Under the pieces are notes generated by a model. The model saw only the letters and a list, made by a program, of their open reading frames with translations. It did no database searches and had not been told where the DNA came from. 64,000 nt of DNA from Bacillota bacterium (GTDB taxonomy: Bacteria; Bacillota_I; Bacilli_A; RF39; UBA660). Position 1 is the stretch's first letter. Every line of letters starts with the position of its first letter. The stretch lies in contig SVAS01000003.1 in the NCBI GenBank assembly GCA_015059285.1, positions 2,679-66,678 of the forward strand, in the 5' to 3' direction. Below are positions 45,702-56,172 of this stretch, one piece after another. Position numbers and translations under genes: made by a program.

Positions 45702-46199
45702 TTATTTTTGATCTTTCCCAAATTTTTTAATAAATCTTTTAATAACATTTTTTTCACGCAGTTCTTTTGGAAACGGCATTTTTAATTTGCCTGACATAAA
45801 TAAGAATACGTCACTTAATGAATGCATTTTAAATTCTAATAAATCACATTCATCTGATAAACTTGCATTTTTCTTTCTATCTTCCATAGACATCGCATTA
45901 TATTTTTCTGCTAATTTATTTCTTTTATCACAAATATCTTGTCCCATTTGCATTATTTCTTCATCTTTTAAATCTTTTACTTGGTTATAATCAATCATCC
46001 AATCTAAACCTTTAAAAAATTCTATTTCATAACACTTGTCAAATTTTACAAATTCATATCTATTTCTGTTATCAATTATAACAATACCTTCACCATATAC
46101 TTTTTCAAAAATAGTTGCTGGTATTGGCAGCTCTGTATGAGTTAAATATGCTATATCATTTTTTTGTACATATGCAGCATTTTCTGTTATTATTTTCAT
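45702..46199 (-). CDS. Hypothetical protein
   Basis: 165-aa ORF with no recognisable motif. It lies 9 nt upstream of the previous ORF, so the two are probably co-transcribed. Confidence 0.4.
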   Translation of the reverse strand: MKIITENAAYVQKNDIAYLTHTELPIPATIFEKVYGEGIVIIDNRNRYEFVKFDKCYEIEFFKGLDWMIDYNQVKDLKDEEIMQMGQDICDKRNKLAEKYNAMSMEDRKKNASLSDECDLLEFKMHSLSDVFLFMSGKLKMPFPKELREKNVIKRFIKKFGKDQK

Positions 46200-46324
46200 A
46201 AAATCCCCTCCTAAGCGAAAACTATAATATCATAATTTATGTTAAACTTCTAGTCATTTACATAAATTTTTATATTAAATTTAACGATTTAGAATTTATA
46301 TGTTATAATTTTAGTGGTGATAAT

Positions 46325-46633
46325 ATGAAAATATATAATAAATTAGTCAGAGATAAAATTCCTGAAATAATGATTAAAAATGGTGCAAAACCTGTAACTA
46401 AAATTCTAAGTGACGAAGAATATAAATTAGAACTAAATAAAAAACTTTTAGAAGAAGTAAATGAATATTTAGAAAGTGATGATATTTTAGAGCTTGCGGA
46501 TATTCAAGAAGTATTACTAGCCCTTATAAATACTACTAATATGACTTATGAGGAATTTGAAAAAATAAGAAAAGAAAAAGTTTCAAAAAGAGGTGCTTTT
46601 GATAATAAAATTTTTTTAGAAAAAGAAGAGTAA
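46325..46633 (+). CDS. MazG-like / PRA-PH-like nucleoside triphosphate pyrophosphohydrolase (small all-alpha type)
   Basis: MKIYNKLVRDKIPEIM N-terminus and the EEVNEYLES...ELADIQEVLLAL pattern (EExxE...D) of this family. Confidence 0.7.
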   Translation: MKIYNKLVRDKIPEIMIKNGAKPVTKILSDEEYKLELNKKLLEEVNEYLESDDILELADIQEVLLALINTTNMTYEEFEKIRKEKVSKRGAFDNKIFLEKEE

Positions 46634-46634
46634 T

Positions 46635-46669
46635 AAAAAAAGGAAATAATTAATTTTATTTCCTTTTTT
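46635..46669. terminator. Bidirectional terminator between the MazG-like gene and smpB
   Basis: 10-bp stem aaaggaaata/tatttccttt flanked by A and T runs. Confidence 0.65.
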
Positions 46670-47108
46670 AATATTTTTTTAATTGTCTTTCTATATCTCT
46701 ATCAATATCTTTTTTCTTAATTGCTTCTCTTTTATCATAATTTTTTTTCCCTTTAGCAACACCTATTAATATTTTAGCAATATTCTTTTTAAAATATAAT
46801 TTTATAGGAACTAAAGTATAACCTAACATTTGAACTTTTTCATTTAATTTTAAAATTTCTTTTTTATGAAGCAATAACTTTCTTGTTCTGGTTTCATTGT
46901 GATTAAAGATATTACCTTGCTCATAATGACTAATATGCATATTAAGTAAGAATATTTCACCATTTTTTATAATAGCATAACTATCTTTTAAATTAGCAGA
47001 ACCATTTTTTATAGATTTGATTTCCGTACCAGTTAACACAATTCCTGCTTCTATCGTATCTAATATTTCATAATCATATTTTGCTTTTCTATTATTTATT
47101 TCTATCAT
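46668..47108 (-). CDS. smpB: SsrA-binding protein SmpB
   Basis: [29 protein letters not shown]-terminus and a basic C-terminal tail. 146 aa. Confidence 0.95.
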   Translation of the reverse strand: MIEINNRKAKYDYEILDTIEAGIVLTGTEIKSIKNGSANLKDSYAIIKNGEIFLLNMHISHYEQGNIFNHNETRTRKLLLHKKEILKLNEKVQMLGYTLVPIKLYFKKNIAKILIGVAKGKKNYDKREAIKKKDIDRDIERQLKKY

Positions 47109-47116
47109 AATTGTTC

Positions 47117-48265
47117 CTATTCAATAAATCCTGTTTGTATTCTAGAATCATTAGTTTTATTTATAATTGGTTTATACTCATTATAAATTGATTGATAACC
47201 ATAAAGTATACTATCATTAAGTTTATTAAATGGTATTACTTGAAACTTAGTATAATAATAATAATGTGTCCAAATAAGATCTCCTTTTACATCACTAATA
47301 CTAATATCGGTGGTTTTTCCATCTGTAGTAGTTTTATTTATTGTAAAAGCAGCTATCATACCTACTCTTTTATTAATTCCATCTTGCGCAGAAATAAAAT
47401 TACCTAAAGAATAAATGACTAAAGTATCATCAATAAATTCAATTGGTTGAATAACATGAGGATGGTGACCAATAATTACATCTACTCCAAGTGAAGCTAA
47501 GTATGCTGCTTGTCTTCTTTGTTCTTCAGTTGGAACATGTGTATATTCTGTTCCCCAATGCATAGATACCATAACAATATCTACTTTATCACGAACTTTT
47601 TCAATATCTGCTTTAGCTTGAGCATCACTATATACATTTACTAAATAATCTTTACCATATGGTACTGGTATTCCATTAGTCCCATATGTATAACCTAAAA
47701 GAGTATAAGTTATACCATTTTTTTCTTCAATTCTAACTGCATCTCTTTCTTCTTTAGAAGCATAATTTCCAACTGCATATACCCCTTCTTGATTTTTCCA
47801 AAAGTTTGCAGAATAAGTAGCTCCTGTTTCAAATTTATCTAAAGTATGATTAGAAGCAACATTAACCATATTAAATCCTGTTTTAATTAAGTCTAACCCA
47901 ATTTCATCTGGTGAATTAAAATTAGGATAATTAGAAAGACCTAAATTTTTACCACCAATAACTGTTTCTTGATTGTAAAACTTTAAATCATATGGCGCAA
48001 TTACATCTTTAATGTAAGTAAACATCTTTGTAAAATCATATTTGTAATAACCATTAGCATCTGTTTGATAAGTATTAGCATCTATATAAACACCATTATG
48101 AATTAATGCATCACCAACACCTATAACACTTAAAGAAGTTGTTTCCACTACTGGTTCTTTTGGTTTTTCTGGTTCTTTTACTTCTTCTTTTGGTTTTTCT
48201 TTACCACAACCCACGAGTAATAAAGATATTAATAAAATGGATAAAACATACTTCAAATGTTTCAT
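47117..48265 (-). CDS. CapA/PgsA-family metallophosphoesterase lipoprotein
   Basis: Lipobox LLLVGC, then GDALIH, NHTLD, MHWGTEY and IIGHHPHV metallophosphatase motifs characteristic of CapA-like proteins. Confidence 0.8.
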   Translation of the reverse strand: MKHLKYVLSILLISLLLVGCGKEKPKEEVKEPEKPKEPVVETTSLSVIGVGDALIHNGVYIDANTYQTDANGYYKYDFTKMFTYIKDVIAPYDLKFYNQETVIGGKNLGLSNYPNFNSPDEIGLDLIKTGFNMVNVASNHTLDKFETGATYSANFWKNQEGVYAVGNYASKEERDAVRIEEKNGITYTLLGYTYGTNGIPVPYGKDYLVNVYSDAQAKADIEKVRDKVDIVMVSMHWGTEYTHVPTEEQRRQAAYLASLGVDVIIGHHPHVIQPIEFIDDTLVIYSLGNFISAQDGINKRVGMIAAFTINKTTTDGKTTDISISDVKGDLIWTHYYYYTKFQVIPFNKLNDSILYGYQSIYNEYKPIINKTNDSRIQTGFIE

Positions 48266-48293
48266 AAACTCACTCCTTACTTCGTTAATACTT

Positions 48294-50399
48294 TTACTTT
48301 TCTTTAGTTAATTCAAAGTCAACTGTTTTAGTTTCCTTTGACGCTGCTTTAACTATAACGTTTACTCTATCTCCTAAACGATAACCCCTTTTATTTTTTT
48401 TCCCTATTAAAGAATACGTAACTTCATCATAAGTATAAAAATCATCTTTTAAATCATCAATTCTAACTAGTCCTTCAACTAAATTATCAAGTTCAACAAA
48501 CATACCAAAACTCATAACACCACTGATTGTACCTTCATATTCTTCACCAATATGATCCATCATGTATTCAGCTTTCTTCATGTCATCAACTTCACGTTCA
48601 CATTCTACAGCCTGTCTTTCTTTATATGATGAATGCTCTGTTATATAAGGTAAATTTGTTTCATAATATTTAATTGTTTCTTCATCCATTCTATTTTGAA
48701 ATAAATATGTTCTAAGTAGACGATGAACTGTTGTATCTGGATATCTTCTAATTGGGGATGTAAAATGTGTATAAATATCACTAGCTAAGCCAAAATGTCC
48801 AATGTTAGTCGGATCATACACAGCTTTTTGCATACTTCTAAGTAATAATTTAGATAAAATTGGAAATTCTTTTACTTCTTTTAATTCATCTAATATTCCC
48901 TGAACTGTTTTTGGATTTATATCTTTTATCTTTCCATGTACTTTATGACCTAACACACTTACAAAACTTAAAAAACTACTTATTTTTTCTTCATTTGGTT
49001 TACCATGAATACGATAAACAAAAGGTAAACTCATATAATATATATGTGAAGCAACTGTTTCATTTGCTACAATCATAAAGTCTTCAATTAAATTTTCACC
49101 AACGCCACGGTTTCTAAGTTTAACATCAATTGCTTTTCCATTATCATCTACAATTATTTTTGCTTCATCAATATTAAAGTCTAAATAGCCTCTTCTTATT
49201 TTAGATGCACGAAGAATAGACGCTAAATCAGCCATCATAGTTAAGCTTTCTGTATATTCTTCATACCCTTCTGGAATTATACCTTCTTCTAAATATTGAT
49301 TAACTTTTTTATAAGTCATTTGAATACGAGAACAAATAACACTTTCATAAATATCATAGTCAATAACTTTTCCGTTTTTATTAATAACCATTTCACATGT
49401 AATAGCAAGTCTATCTACACCTGGATTTAATGAACAAATCCCATTAGATAATTTATGTGGTAACATAGGAATTACTCTATCAGCTAAATAAACACTTGTA
49501 CCTCTATCTTGCGCTGATAAATCTAAAGGACTTCCTTCGGTAACATAATAACTTACATCCGCAATATGAACTCCTAATTTATAATTACCGTCTTCTGATA
49601 ATTCAATTGATATAGCATCATCAATATCCTTAGTATCATCACCATCAATGGTAAAAATCATTTTATCTCTTAAATCGTGATTAGAACGCGATAATATTTC
49701 TTTTTCTAAAACACAAGAAGGTAAGCTATCAGCTTGTTTCATGACAGCTTCTGAAAATTCTGTTTCAATTTCATATTTATATGCAATAGAAAGAATGTCT
49801 ACACCAGGATCATTTTTATGTCCAATCAATTTTAATACTTCACCTAAATAATTGTTGTTGTGAACTTGCTTATATACGTGAACTAGTACTTTATGTCCTG
49901 GCATTGCACCTAATAATTTGTCTTGATTAATTTCTACATTAATTTTTAATTTATCATCATCTAAATCAATATAGTATTTACCTTTATGTTCATAGATTTC
50001 ACCAACTACATTATCAAGTTTACGATCAACAATACGAACGATTCTACCTTCTAAGTCAATACTCTTACCAGAAGTAATTTCTACAATAACTCTATCGTTA
50101 TGAATTGCTCCGTTCATGTTTTCTTTAGCTATATAAACGTCAGTATCACCTTCAATATCAACAAATCCAAATCCTTTTTTATTAACAATTAAACGTCCTA
50201 CTTTTAAATTACTATTTTTATAGGCCATAAACTTATTTTTTTTAGTTCTAATAATTTTCAAACTTTTTTCAAGACTATCTAATACTTCTGTTAACTCTTT
50301 AAATTGTTCAGCGGTTTCTAATTTTAAAAAGTCTTTTATTTGAAAAAAATCTAAGGCTTTATTTTCTAATTCTAATAACTCTATAATTGTCTTTTCCAT
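48294..50399 (-). CDS. rnr: Ribonuclease R
   Basis: Cold-shock-like N-terminal domains, RNB motifs (IDGDDTKDIDDAIS; HFGL..YTHFTSPIRRYPD) and a C-terminal S1 domain (GTISGVMSFGMFVELD). Confidence 0.95.
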   Translation of the reverse strand: MEKTIIELLELENKALDFFQIKDFLKLETAEQFKELTEVLDSLEKSLKIIRTKKNKFMAYKNSNLKVGRLIVNKKGFGFVDIEGDTDVYIAKENMNGAIHNDRVIVEITSGKSIDLEGRIVRIVDRKLDNVVGEIYEHKGKYYIDLDDDKLKINVEINQDKLLGAMPGHKVLVHVYKQVHNNNYLGEVLKLIGHKNDPGVDILSIAYKYEIETEFSEAVMKQADSLPSCVLEKEILSRSNHDLRDKMIFTIDGDDTKDIDDAISIELSEDGNYKLGVHIADVSYYVTEGSPLDLSAQDRGTSVYLADRVIPMLPHKLSNGICSLNPGVDRLAITCEMVINKNGKVIDYDIYESVICSRIQMTYKKVNQYLEEGIIPEGYEEYTESLTMMADLASILRASKIRRGYLDFNIDEAKIIVDDNGKAIDVKLRNRGVGENLIEDFMIVANETVASHIYYMSLPFVYRIHGKPNEEKISSFLSFVSVLGHKVHGKIKDINPKTVQGILDELKEVKEFPILSKLLLRSMQKAVYDPTNIGHFGLASDIYTHFTSPIRRYPDTTVHRLLRTYLFQNRMDEETIKYYETNLPYITEHSSYKERQAVECEREVDDMKKAEYMMDHIGEEYEGTISGVMSFGMFVELDNLVEGLVRIDDLKDDFYTYDEVTYSLIGKKNKRGYRLGDRVNVIVKAASKETKTVDFELTKEK

Positions 50400-50431
50400 C
50401 TATTACACCTCTTATTATATTATAAAGGAAA

Positions 50432-50463
50432 ATTAAAAAAAAATATAGTATTTACCTATATTT
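50432..50463 (-). terminator. Terminator after the membrane protein gene
   Basis: 8-bp stem aaatatag/ctatattt followed on the minus strand by a T-run. Confidence 0.5.
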
Positions 50464-51072
50464 TTAATCTTTTTCTATTTCTTGTATAAATCTTTTAATC
50501 ACTAAACTATTATTTGTTATTTCTTCATATATATACATAATATTAAATAATATCGCACCAATAAAAGCTGCTATCATATCATTCATAGTATCATTAACTC
50601 CTGTAGTTAAAACATTTTGAGCATCCTTACTAAATAAATTATCACAAAAATATTCAAAAAATTCCCAAAATGACGCTATCATAAGTACAAAAGAAATTAT
50701 AAATAATACATTAAATATAATACTTTTTTTATGATATTTTTTAAAATTAACTATTATAAGTATACCAAAAAATGCTGTAACTATGCCAGAAGCTAAATGC
50801 ATTATTTTATCGTAGTTATTAATCAAATGATATAAATTTACAATAGAGCCTAAGAAATGAGCACAAAAAACAAAAATTAAATATACAAATTCTGTCATAG
50901 GCGTAAGTTTAATTTTTAATATTTTTTTAATTATCTTTGGCACTAACATAACAGGAATAATAGCCAAACAAATTAAAAATTTATATATTTGCGCGTTTAT
51001 TAGAGGAATAATGCTATAACAAATACCACCTAGACTAGCTATTATTATGAGACATAAATTTATCTTCTTCAT
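50464..51072 (-). CDS. Multi-pass membrane protein (possibly YjdF/DUF2238-like)
   Basis: 202 aa with about 6 hydrophobic helices and conserved-looking HF..S and DKIMH segments. It overlaps the rmuC 3' end by 38 nt. Confidence 0.5.
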   Translation of the reverse strand: MKKINLCLIIIASLGGICYSIIPLINAQIYKFLICLAIIPVMLVPKIIKKILKIKLTPMTEFVYLIFVFCAHFLGSIVNLYHLINNYDKIMHLASGIVTAFFGILIIVNFKKYHKKSIIFNVLFIISFVLMIASFWEFFEYFCDNLFSKDAQNVLTTGVNDTMNDMIAAFIGAILFNIMYIYEEITNNSLVIKRFIQEIEKD

Positions 51073-52129
51073 AATCTAGTTCCTCCATCTCAACTTGATT
51101 GATAGAATCAAACCTTTTAGTAATTTTATTAGTTGTAGTATAAATATCTTTAACATCTTTTGAAACAGTTTCAATGCTTCGATAAAGTTTATCCCAACGG
51201 TCTTTATATCTTTTAAATTCTTCTGAAAGTAAATTTAATTCTTGATGAATTATATTAGTATATTTATCTCTTTCAATGTTTTTAATAATAACTTGAATTG
51301 TTGTAAGTGTACTAATAAGAGTTGTTGGGGAAGTTATCCAAACTCTTTTTTTATAAGCATAATCAATAATGTCTTGATGATAAGCATTAACCTCTGCGAA
51401 TATTGCTTCCGCAGGTAAAAATAAAATTGCTTGTTCTGAAGTAATAGAAGGAATAATATATTTACTACTTATAGCGTCAATATGTTTTTTCATATCTATT
51501 TTAAATAATTTTTCAGCTTGTTCTCTTCTAAGTGGTGAATTGTTTTTATCTACCATATTTTGATAGTCTTCTAAAGGAAACTTAGAATCAATAGCTATTA
51601 ATCCTAATGGCTCTGGTGCAAATAAAACACAATCCGCAATAGTTCCATTATCTAATGTATATTGCATTTTATAAATTTTGTCATTATTTTCACCGAACAC
51701 ACTACTCATAATGTGTTTTAAATTTATCTCTCCAAAAATCCCTCTTGTTTTTTTATCAGTTAAAATACTTTGTAAGGAAACAATATCATTTGATAACACA
51801 TCTATCTTTTTTTGAGCTTCATCTATTTTAGAAAGACGTTCTAAAACAGAAGTAAATGTCTTATTGGTTTTTTCAAAATTTTCATCTAATCTTTCATTAA
51901 CACGATCATTTATAAGACGTAATTTTTGTTCCATTTTTTCATTTAAATTATTAAAATCTTCATTTAAATTATGCGTGATTGTTGATTTAAATTCTCCTAA
52001 TTCTTTAATGGTATTAGTTTCTAATTTACCTAATCTTTCTGTTATATTTGATTCATTAATATTTTTAGTAAGTGATATAACTGATAAAATTAAAATAACT
52101 ATTAATATTCCTACTATTACATACTCCAT
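51035..52129 (-). CDS. rmuC: DNA recombination protein RmuC
   Basis: N-terminal TM, a long coiled-coil region and a C-terminal nuclease-like domain (LFLPAEAIFAEV ...). The ATG at 52129 is preceded by AGGAGGA. Confidence 0.8.
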   Translation of the reverse strand: MEYVIVGILIVILILSVISLTKNINESNITERLGKLETNTIKELGEFKSTITHNLNEDFNNLNEKMEQKLRLINDRVNERLDENFEKTNKTFTSVLERLSKIDEAQKKIDVLSNDIVSLQSILTDKKTRGIFGEINLKHIMSSVFGENNDKIYKMQYTLDNGTIADCVLFAPEPLGLIAIDSKFPLEDYQNMVDKNNSPLRREQAEKLFKIDMKKHIDAISSKYIIPSITSEQAILFLPAEAIFAEVNAYHQDIIDYAYKKRVWITSPTTLISTLTTIQVIIKNIERDKYTNIIHQELNLLSEEFKRYKDRWDKLYRSIETVSKDVKDIYTTTNKITKRFDSINQVEMEELDYEEDKFMSHNNS

Positions 52130-52139
52130 ACAAATCCTC

Positions 52140-52727
52140 CTACTCAATATCAAATCTTTTCATAATAATTTTAGAAATTAAATAAGCACCTAACATGATT
52201 AAAACAAGTTCAATTAAAACGTTTATGTTTGTAATACTTTCAATAAATGTAGTTCCTATAAATCCCCAAAAGTAAATAACAGCTACCTTTGCTATTAAAA
52301 TAGCGGCTATAAATTTTCTATACGAAATATTTGAAAGTCCAGCCGCAATATTTACAGCAAACGCAGGTGTAAAAGGTAAAGCTGTTATAATAACTAAGTT
52401 TGGAAATTTTATATTAGATATCTTATTCATAATTTTTTTTACTTTTCCATCCTTTTTTATTTTAGAATAAAAAATATTACTTAACCCTTTTTTACAAATA
52501 GTAAACGCTAAAATACAACCAATAATTGTTGCAACCCATGAAATAATAAATCCAACAATATTACCAAATATAAGCATATTAACAGCAATAAAAACAGCTA
52601 AGGGTAAAATAGGTATAATGGATTCTAAAATAATAACTAGCATACCTATAATTAAACCAATAATAGGACTATTAGATTGTACTTGTAATTTAAAAAAATC
52701 TATTACTACATCTATTGCTTCTCTCAT
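52140..52727 (-). CDS. TVP38/TMEM64 (DedA-related) family membrane protein
   Basis: 195 aa with 5-6 TM segments and a PFTPAFAVNIAAGLS re-entrant-like motif typical of the SNARE-associated/DedA superfamily. Confidence 0.7.
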   Translation of the reverse strand: MREAIDVVIDFFKLQVQSNSPIIGLIIGMLVIILESIIPILPLAVFIAVNMLIFGNIVGFIISWVATIIGCILAFTICKKGLSNIFYSKIKKDGKVKKIMNKISNIKFPNLVIITALPFTPAFAVNIAAGLSNISYRKFIAAILIAKVAVIYFWGFIGTTFIESITNINVLIELVLIMLGAYLISKIIMKRFDIE

Positions 52728-52793
52728 ACTATCTCCTCTATATTATTTTATCATATTTTAGCATGATTTTAGTGACTTTTTTGTCATATAAAG

Positions 52794-52827
52794 ACAAATA
52801 AAAATTTCTATGATTTACATAGAAATT
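52794..52827 (-). terminator. Terminator after the rhodanese gene
   Basis: 10-bp stem aatttctatg/catagaaatt followed on the minus strand by a T-run. Confidence 0.65.
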
Positions 52828-53116
52828 ATTTTTGTAATATCCAAGCTTCATACCCACCATTTATATTTACTGTATTATAACCTAAATTATTTAATAAAGA
52901 ACATACTCTAATACTAGATGAACCTTTTTGACAATAAATATAATATGTTTTTTCTTTATTTAAATATTTATTCGGATTACTAATTAATACTTGGCTAGGT
53001 ACATTTTTGGCATTTGGAATATGATTATTATTATAACTTTGATTACTTCTAATATCAATAATAGATATATTATTAGTTTTTTTTAATAACTCTGATATTG
53101 ATATACTATGTATCAT
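52826..53116 (-). CDS. Single-domain rhodanese-like sulfurtransferase
   Basis: 96 aa. IIDIRS..., HIPNAKNVP and the active-site loop YCQKGSSS. Confidence 0.85.
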   Translation of the reverse strand: MIHSISISELLKKTNNISIIDIRSNQSYNNNHIPNAKNVPSQVLISNPNKYLNKEKTYYIYCQKGSSSIRVCSLLNNLGYNTVNINGGYEAWILQK

Positions 53117-53178
53117 TTTACCACCCTAATATAATATATGTTAAATTATTATATTTAAGTATGATACTTGTTTATATC

Positions 53179-55374
53179 TTATTCATCCTCAAAGAAGAAA
53201 TCATCAAAAAATTGATCTTCTGTAATATTATGAGCAGTTTGCTTTTCCACAATATTTTCTGGTTGAGATTGCGGAATAACATTATTTTCCACAGGAATAT
53301 TAATCATCGCTTCTTCTTTTATACTTTTTTCCACAGGTTTAATATCATTAAAGAAATTCAAAATTTCTTTTTCCCCAGGATTGTTTGTTTCTACTGTTTT
53401 TTCCACACTTGGTGGAATTACTATATCAGGAGTATTTGAAGAAGTCTGTGGATTATTAAGTTTTTCCTTTTCTCTTCTTTCTTCTTCTTCTAATTCAGCA
53501 ATTTTAGCATCAATACGTTTTACTAGTTCATCTACATTAAATGTATCATTTGAAGAAGTTGGTTTTGAAATTGAATCAAACATTGGTGGTACACTTGGCT
53601 TAATAGTATTTGCACTAGGACTATTATTGAATTCACCTAACATTTTATTAATTTTCTCTTCTTTTTTCTTTTCAACAAAAGCTTTTATATTAAATGTTGG
53701 TACATCTTTTTTCTCTCTATTAGGATAAGTTGCTAGAGGATAATTTCTACCCCAAGTATTATTTTGAACCATTTTAAAATTTGGTGTCATTTTTGTTTTA
53801 AAAGGCCATTCACGAATACGAAGAACAATCATTGTCCATTGTGGTAAACGTTGCAAATCGCTTACTGTCACAAGTGGCGTTGATGCTGTTTTATCTTTTT
53901 CTTTTGATTTAACTTCTCCACACAATTTACTTATTTCTTCTAAAGCACCAAGTTCACTACTAATTAGATAAATAATATTGCCACAGTTACCTTTAATTGT
54001 TTCTCCATTTTCTTTACCATATACTTCATATAATTGAGCAAAGTTTTGAATAATAAAAGTAAACCTTATTCTACGGCTTCTAGCTGCTGTAACCATTGTT
54101 GTAACGTCTTTAAGCGGTGGCATATTAGCAAATTCATCTAAGATAAAATTAGTTTTATATGGAAGTTTTCCACCAGTTTCTTGAGCTACTCTAATTAATG
54201 TTTCATAACATTGTTTTAAAAATATTGTTACTAATGAATGATATGTTTTCTTTTCATCTTGAACAACAATAAATACTGCTGTTTTTTTTCTACCAATATC
54301 ATCCATATCAAAATCACTATGCGCCAACATTTCAGACAAGTTTTCACGAGATGAGAAAAGTTTTATTTTTTGCTTGAATACTGACAAAATACTACTTTTT
54401 GTATCATTTGGTGCCATCAATGTACTTGCTACGTTGATATATGCTGATGACCCTTGATCTTTATTACTAAAATATTCTTTTATATAAGTAGTATTACCTA
54501 TTTTATCTTCTCCAGCAGTTGTCATTAAGTTAATGCTATTTAAATTAATTTCATCTTCTTTAGCATCTTCAAATAATGCTAAAGTTAAACCTGTGAAATA
54601 ATCAGCCGATGTTTTTTCCCAGAATGGATCTTGACCCTTACTAGCTTCATCATACAAAATATTAAGTGCTAAATCTTCAAGTAATTCTATAGCTTTATCT
54701 TGATTACCATTTCTATAAAGTTCATATGGCAAAGTTAAAGGATTCCAACAATTACCATTTTGAGGATTACGAAAATTTAATAAAACTATATTATACCCTT
54801 TTTCCCTTAATTCCTCAGCATTTTTTTCATATATTTCACCTTTAGGATCGGTAATAATCATTGATTCTCCCTTTTTAGCAAGTAGTTTTACCATAGGCTG
54901 AACAATCATCTCTGTTTTTCCACTACCAGTAGAACCAATGATTAAGTTATGATACTCACTATCATCAACCCAAATGCGTTTTCCATCATTAATTAAAGGA
55001 ATACCAGCCACATCACTTTTTTCAGCACTTGGATTAACCACTTTTAATTGCGATTTCATTTCTTTATCTGTTTCCCAACGTGAATATCCTTTTTCTTTTT
55101 TAGCATTAGTAGAAATACCAAAACCTTTTTCTCTATCAAAGAAATATGACGAAACACTCATCATGATTGCAATTAATGCAATAAAGAAAAATATTAAAGT
55201 ATATAAAATATATTCTTTAGTAAATGCTGGTAGAGGATTTAAACCATGAAAAGTACTTTCAGATGCAAATGTTGATAAATTTAAAACCGCTATTGCAACA
55301 AAATAAAGTAAAAATACACAAAAGATTACAAATATTACTATATCTTTAGGTTCTGCTCTAAATTTTAATTTCAT
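53179..55374 (-). CDS. Type IV coupling protein (VirD4/TraG family)
   Basis: Two N-terminal TM helices, Walker A IIGSTGSGKTE and Walker B-like FILDEFANMP, plus a ~190-aa low-complexity C-terminal tail ending DQFFDDFFFEDE. Confidence 0.88.
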   Translation of the reverse strand: MKLKFRAEPKDIVIFVIFCVFLLYFVAIAVLNLSTFASESTFHGLNPLPAFTKEYILYTLIFFFIALIAIMMSVSSYFFDREKGFGISTNAKKEKGYSRWETDKEMKSQLKVVNPSAEKSDVAGIPLINDGKRIWVDDSEYHNLIIGSTGSGKTEMIVQPMVKLLAKKGESMIITDPKGEIYEKNAEELREKGYNIVLLNFRNPQNGNCWNPLTLPYELYRNGNQDKAIELLEDLALNILYDEASKGQDPFWEKTSADYFTGLTLALFEDAKEDEINLNSINLMTTAGEDKIGNTTYIKEYFSNKDQGSSAYINVASTLMAPNDTKSSILSVFKQKIKLFSSRENLSEMLAHSDFDMDDIGRKKTAVFIVVQDEKKTYHSLVTIFLKQCYETLIRVAQETGGKLPYKTNFILDEFANMPPLKDVTTMVTAARSRRIRFTFIIQNFAQLYEVYGKENGETIKGNCGNIIYLISSELGALEEISKLCGEVKSKEKDKTASTPLVTVSDLQRLPQWTMIVLRIREWPFKTKMTPNFKMVQNNTWGRNYPLATYPNREKKDVPTFNIKAFVEKKKEEKINKMLGEFNNSPSANTIKPSVPPMFDSISKPTSSNDTFNVDELVKRIDAKIAELEEEERREKEKLNNPQTSSNTPDIVIPPSVEKTVETNNPGEKEILNFFNDIKPVEKSIKEEAMINIPVENNVIPQSQPENIVEKQTAHNITEDQFFDDFFFEDE

Positions 55375-55384
55375 ATTAATCCTC

Positions 55385-56158
55385 CTAACAACCTTTCGCT
55401 AATCTATAATTTCCATCTTTTTGATGATACAACTGATTGCAAGTTCCCATTACACTATAATAATTACATTCAATTATTATTTCATATTTTTTATCTTTAT
55501 TAATGTCAATAATGCTATTCACTTTAGGAACACACATATCATATTGATAATCAGCATATTTTTTGTCTTCATATAAAATTTTAGTTTGATCATCCTTTAT
55601 AAAAACCAATGAAAACTTTTTATTTACAGACGTATCATTAGTAAATGCATTTGAGATTGTATAAATCGTTTCCAATTTTTGATCATCATCCAAATTAATA
55701 AAGACCTTTTTAGCATATGTAAAACTTTCTGGATAAGTTATTTCTTTATCGTTTAAAATATCATTTAAGATTTCTTTATCTTCTTCATTAATGTCTTCTT
55801 CTAAAAAATCTATAACCTGATATTTTTTATTCCCCTTGATAGCCAAAATTTTACCTTCGTACTTTTGAGATACTCGTTCATCATCAAATAAATACCATTT
55901 GTTATTATACATTAAACTATAATTACCAATCAATTGATTATCAATATAAACATCAAATTTTTTCCAATTATAATCTTTTTCATTTTCTATATCAGACCAT
56001 TTGCCATCTTTTAATTGCCATTTATCACCAGAATCAAGCATTATATATAACCCTTGAAATTTATTAATAAAATTTTCCCAACCAAAAAGGACAATCGCTA
56101 GAACTAAATATATTAACACTATAGAAATAATAACTATTATTGTTTTTTTATTTTTCAT
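55385..56158 (-). CDS. Membrane-anchored conjugation-module protein of unknown function
   Basis: 257 aa with one N-terminal TM. It sits in the position occupied by VirB8-like/CD1107-like proteins in Firmicute T4SS loci, so the suggestion is positional only. Confidence 0.4.
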   Translation of the reverse strand: MKNKKTIIVIISIVLIYLVLAIVLFGWENFINKFQGLYIMLDSGDKWQLKDGKWSDIENEKDYNWKKFDVYIDNQLIGNYSLMYNNKWYLFDDERVSQKYEGKILAIKGNKKYQVIDFLEEDINEEDKEILNDILNDKEITYPESFTYAKKVFINLDDDQKLETIYTISNAFTNDTSVNKKFSLVFIKDDQTKILYEDKKYADYQYDMCVPKVNSIIDINKDKKYEIIIECNYYSVMGTCNQLYHQKDGNYRLAKGC

Positions 56159-56172
56159 TTCAATTATCCTTT

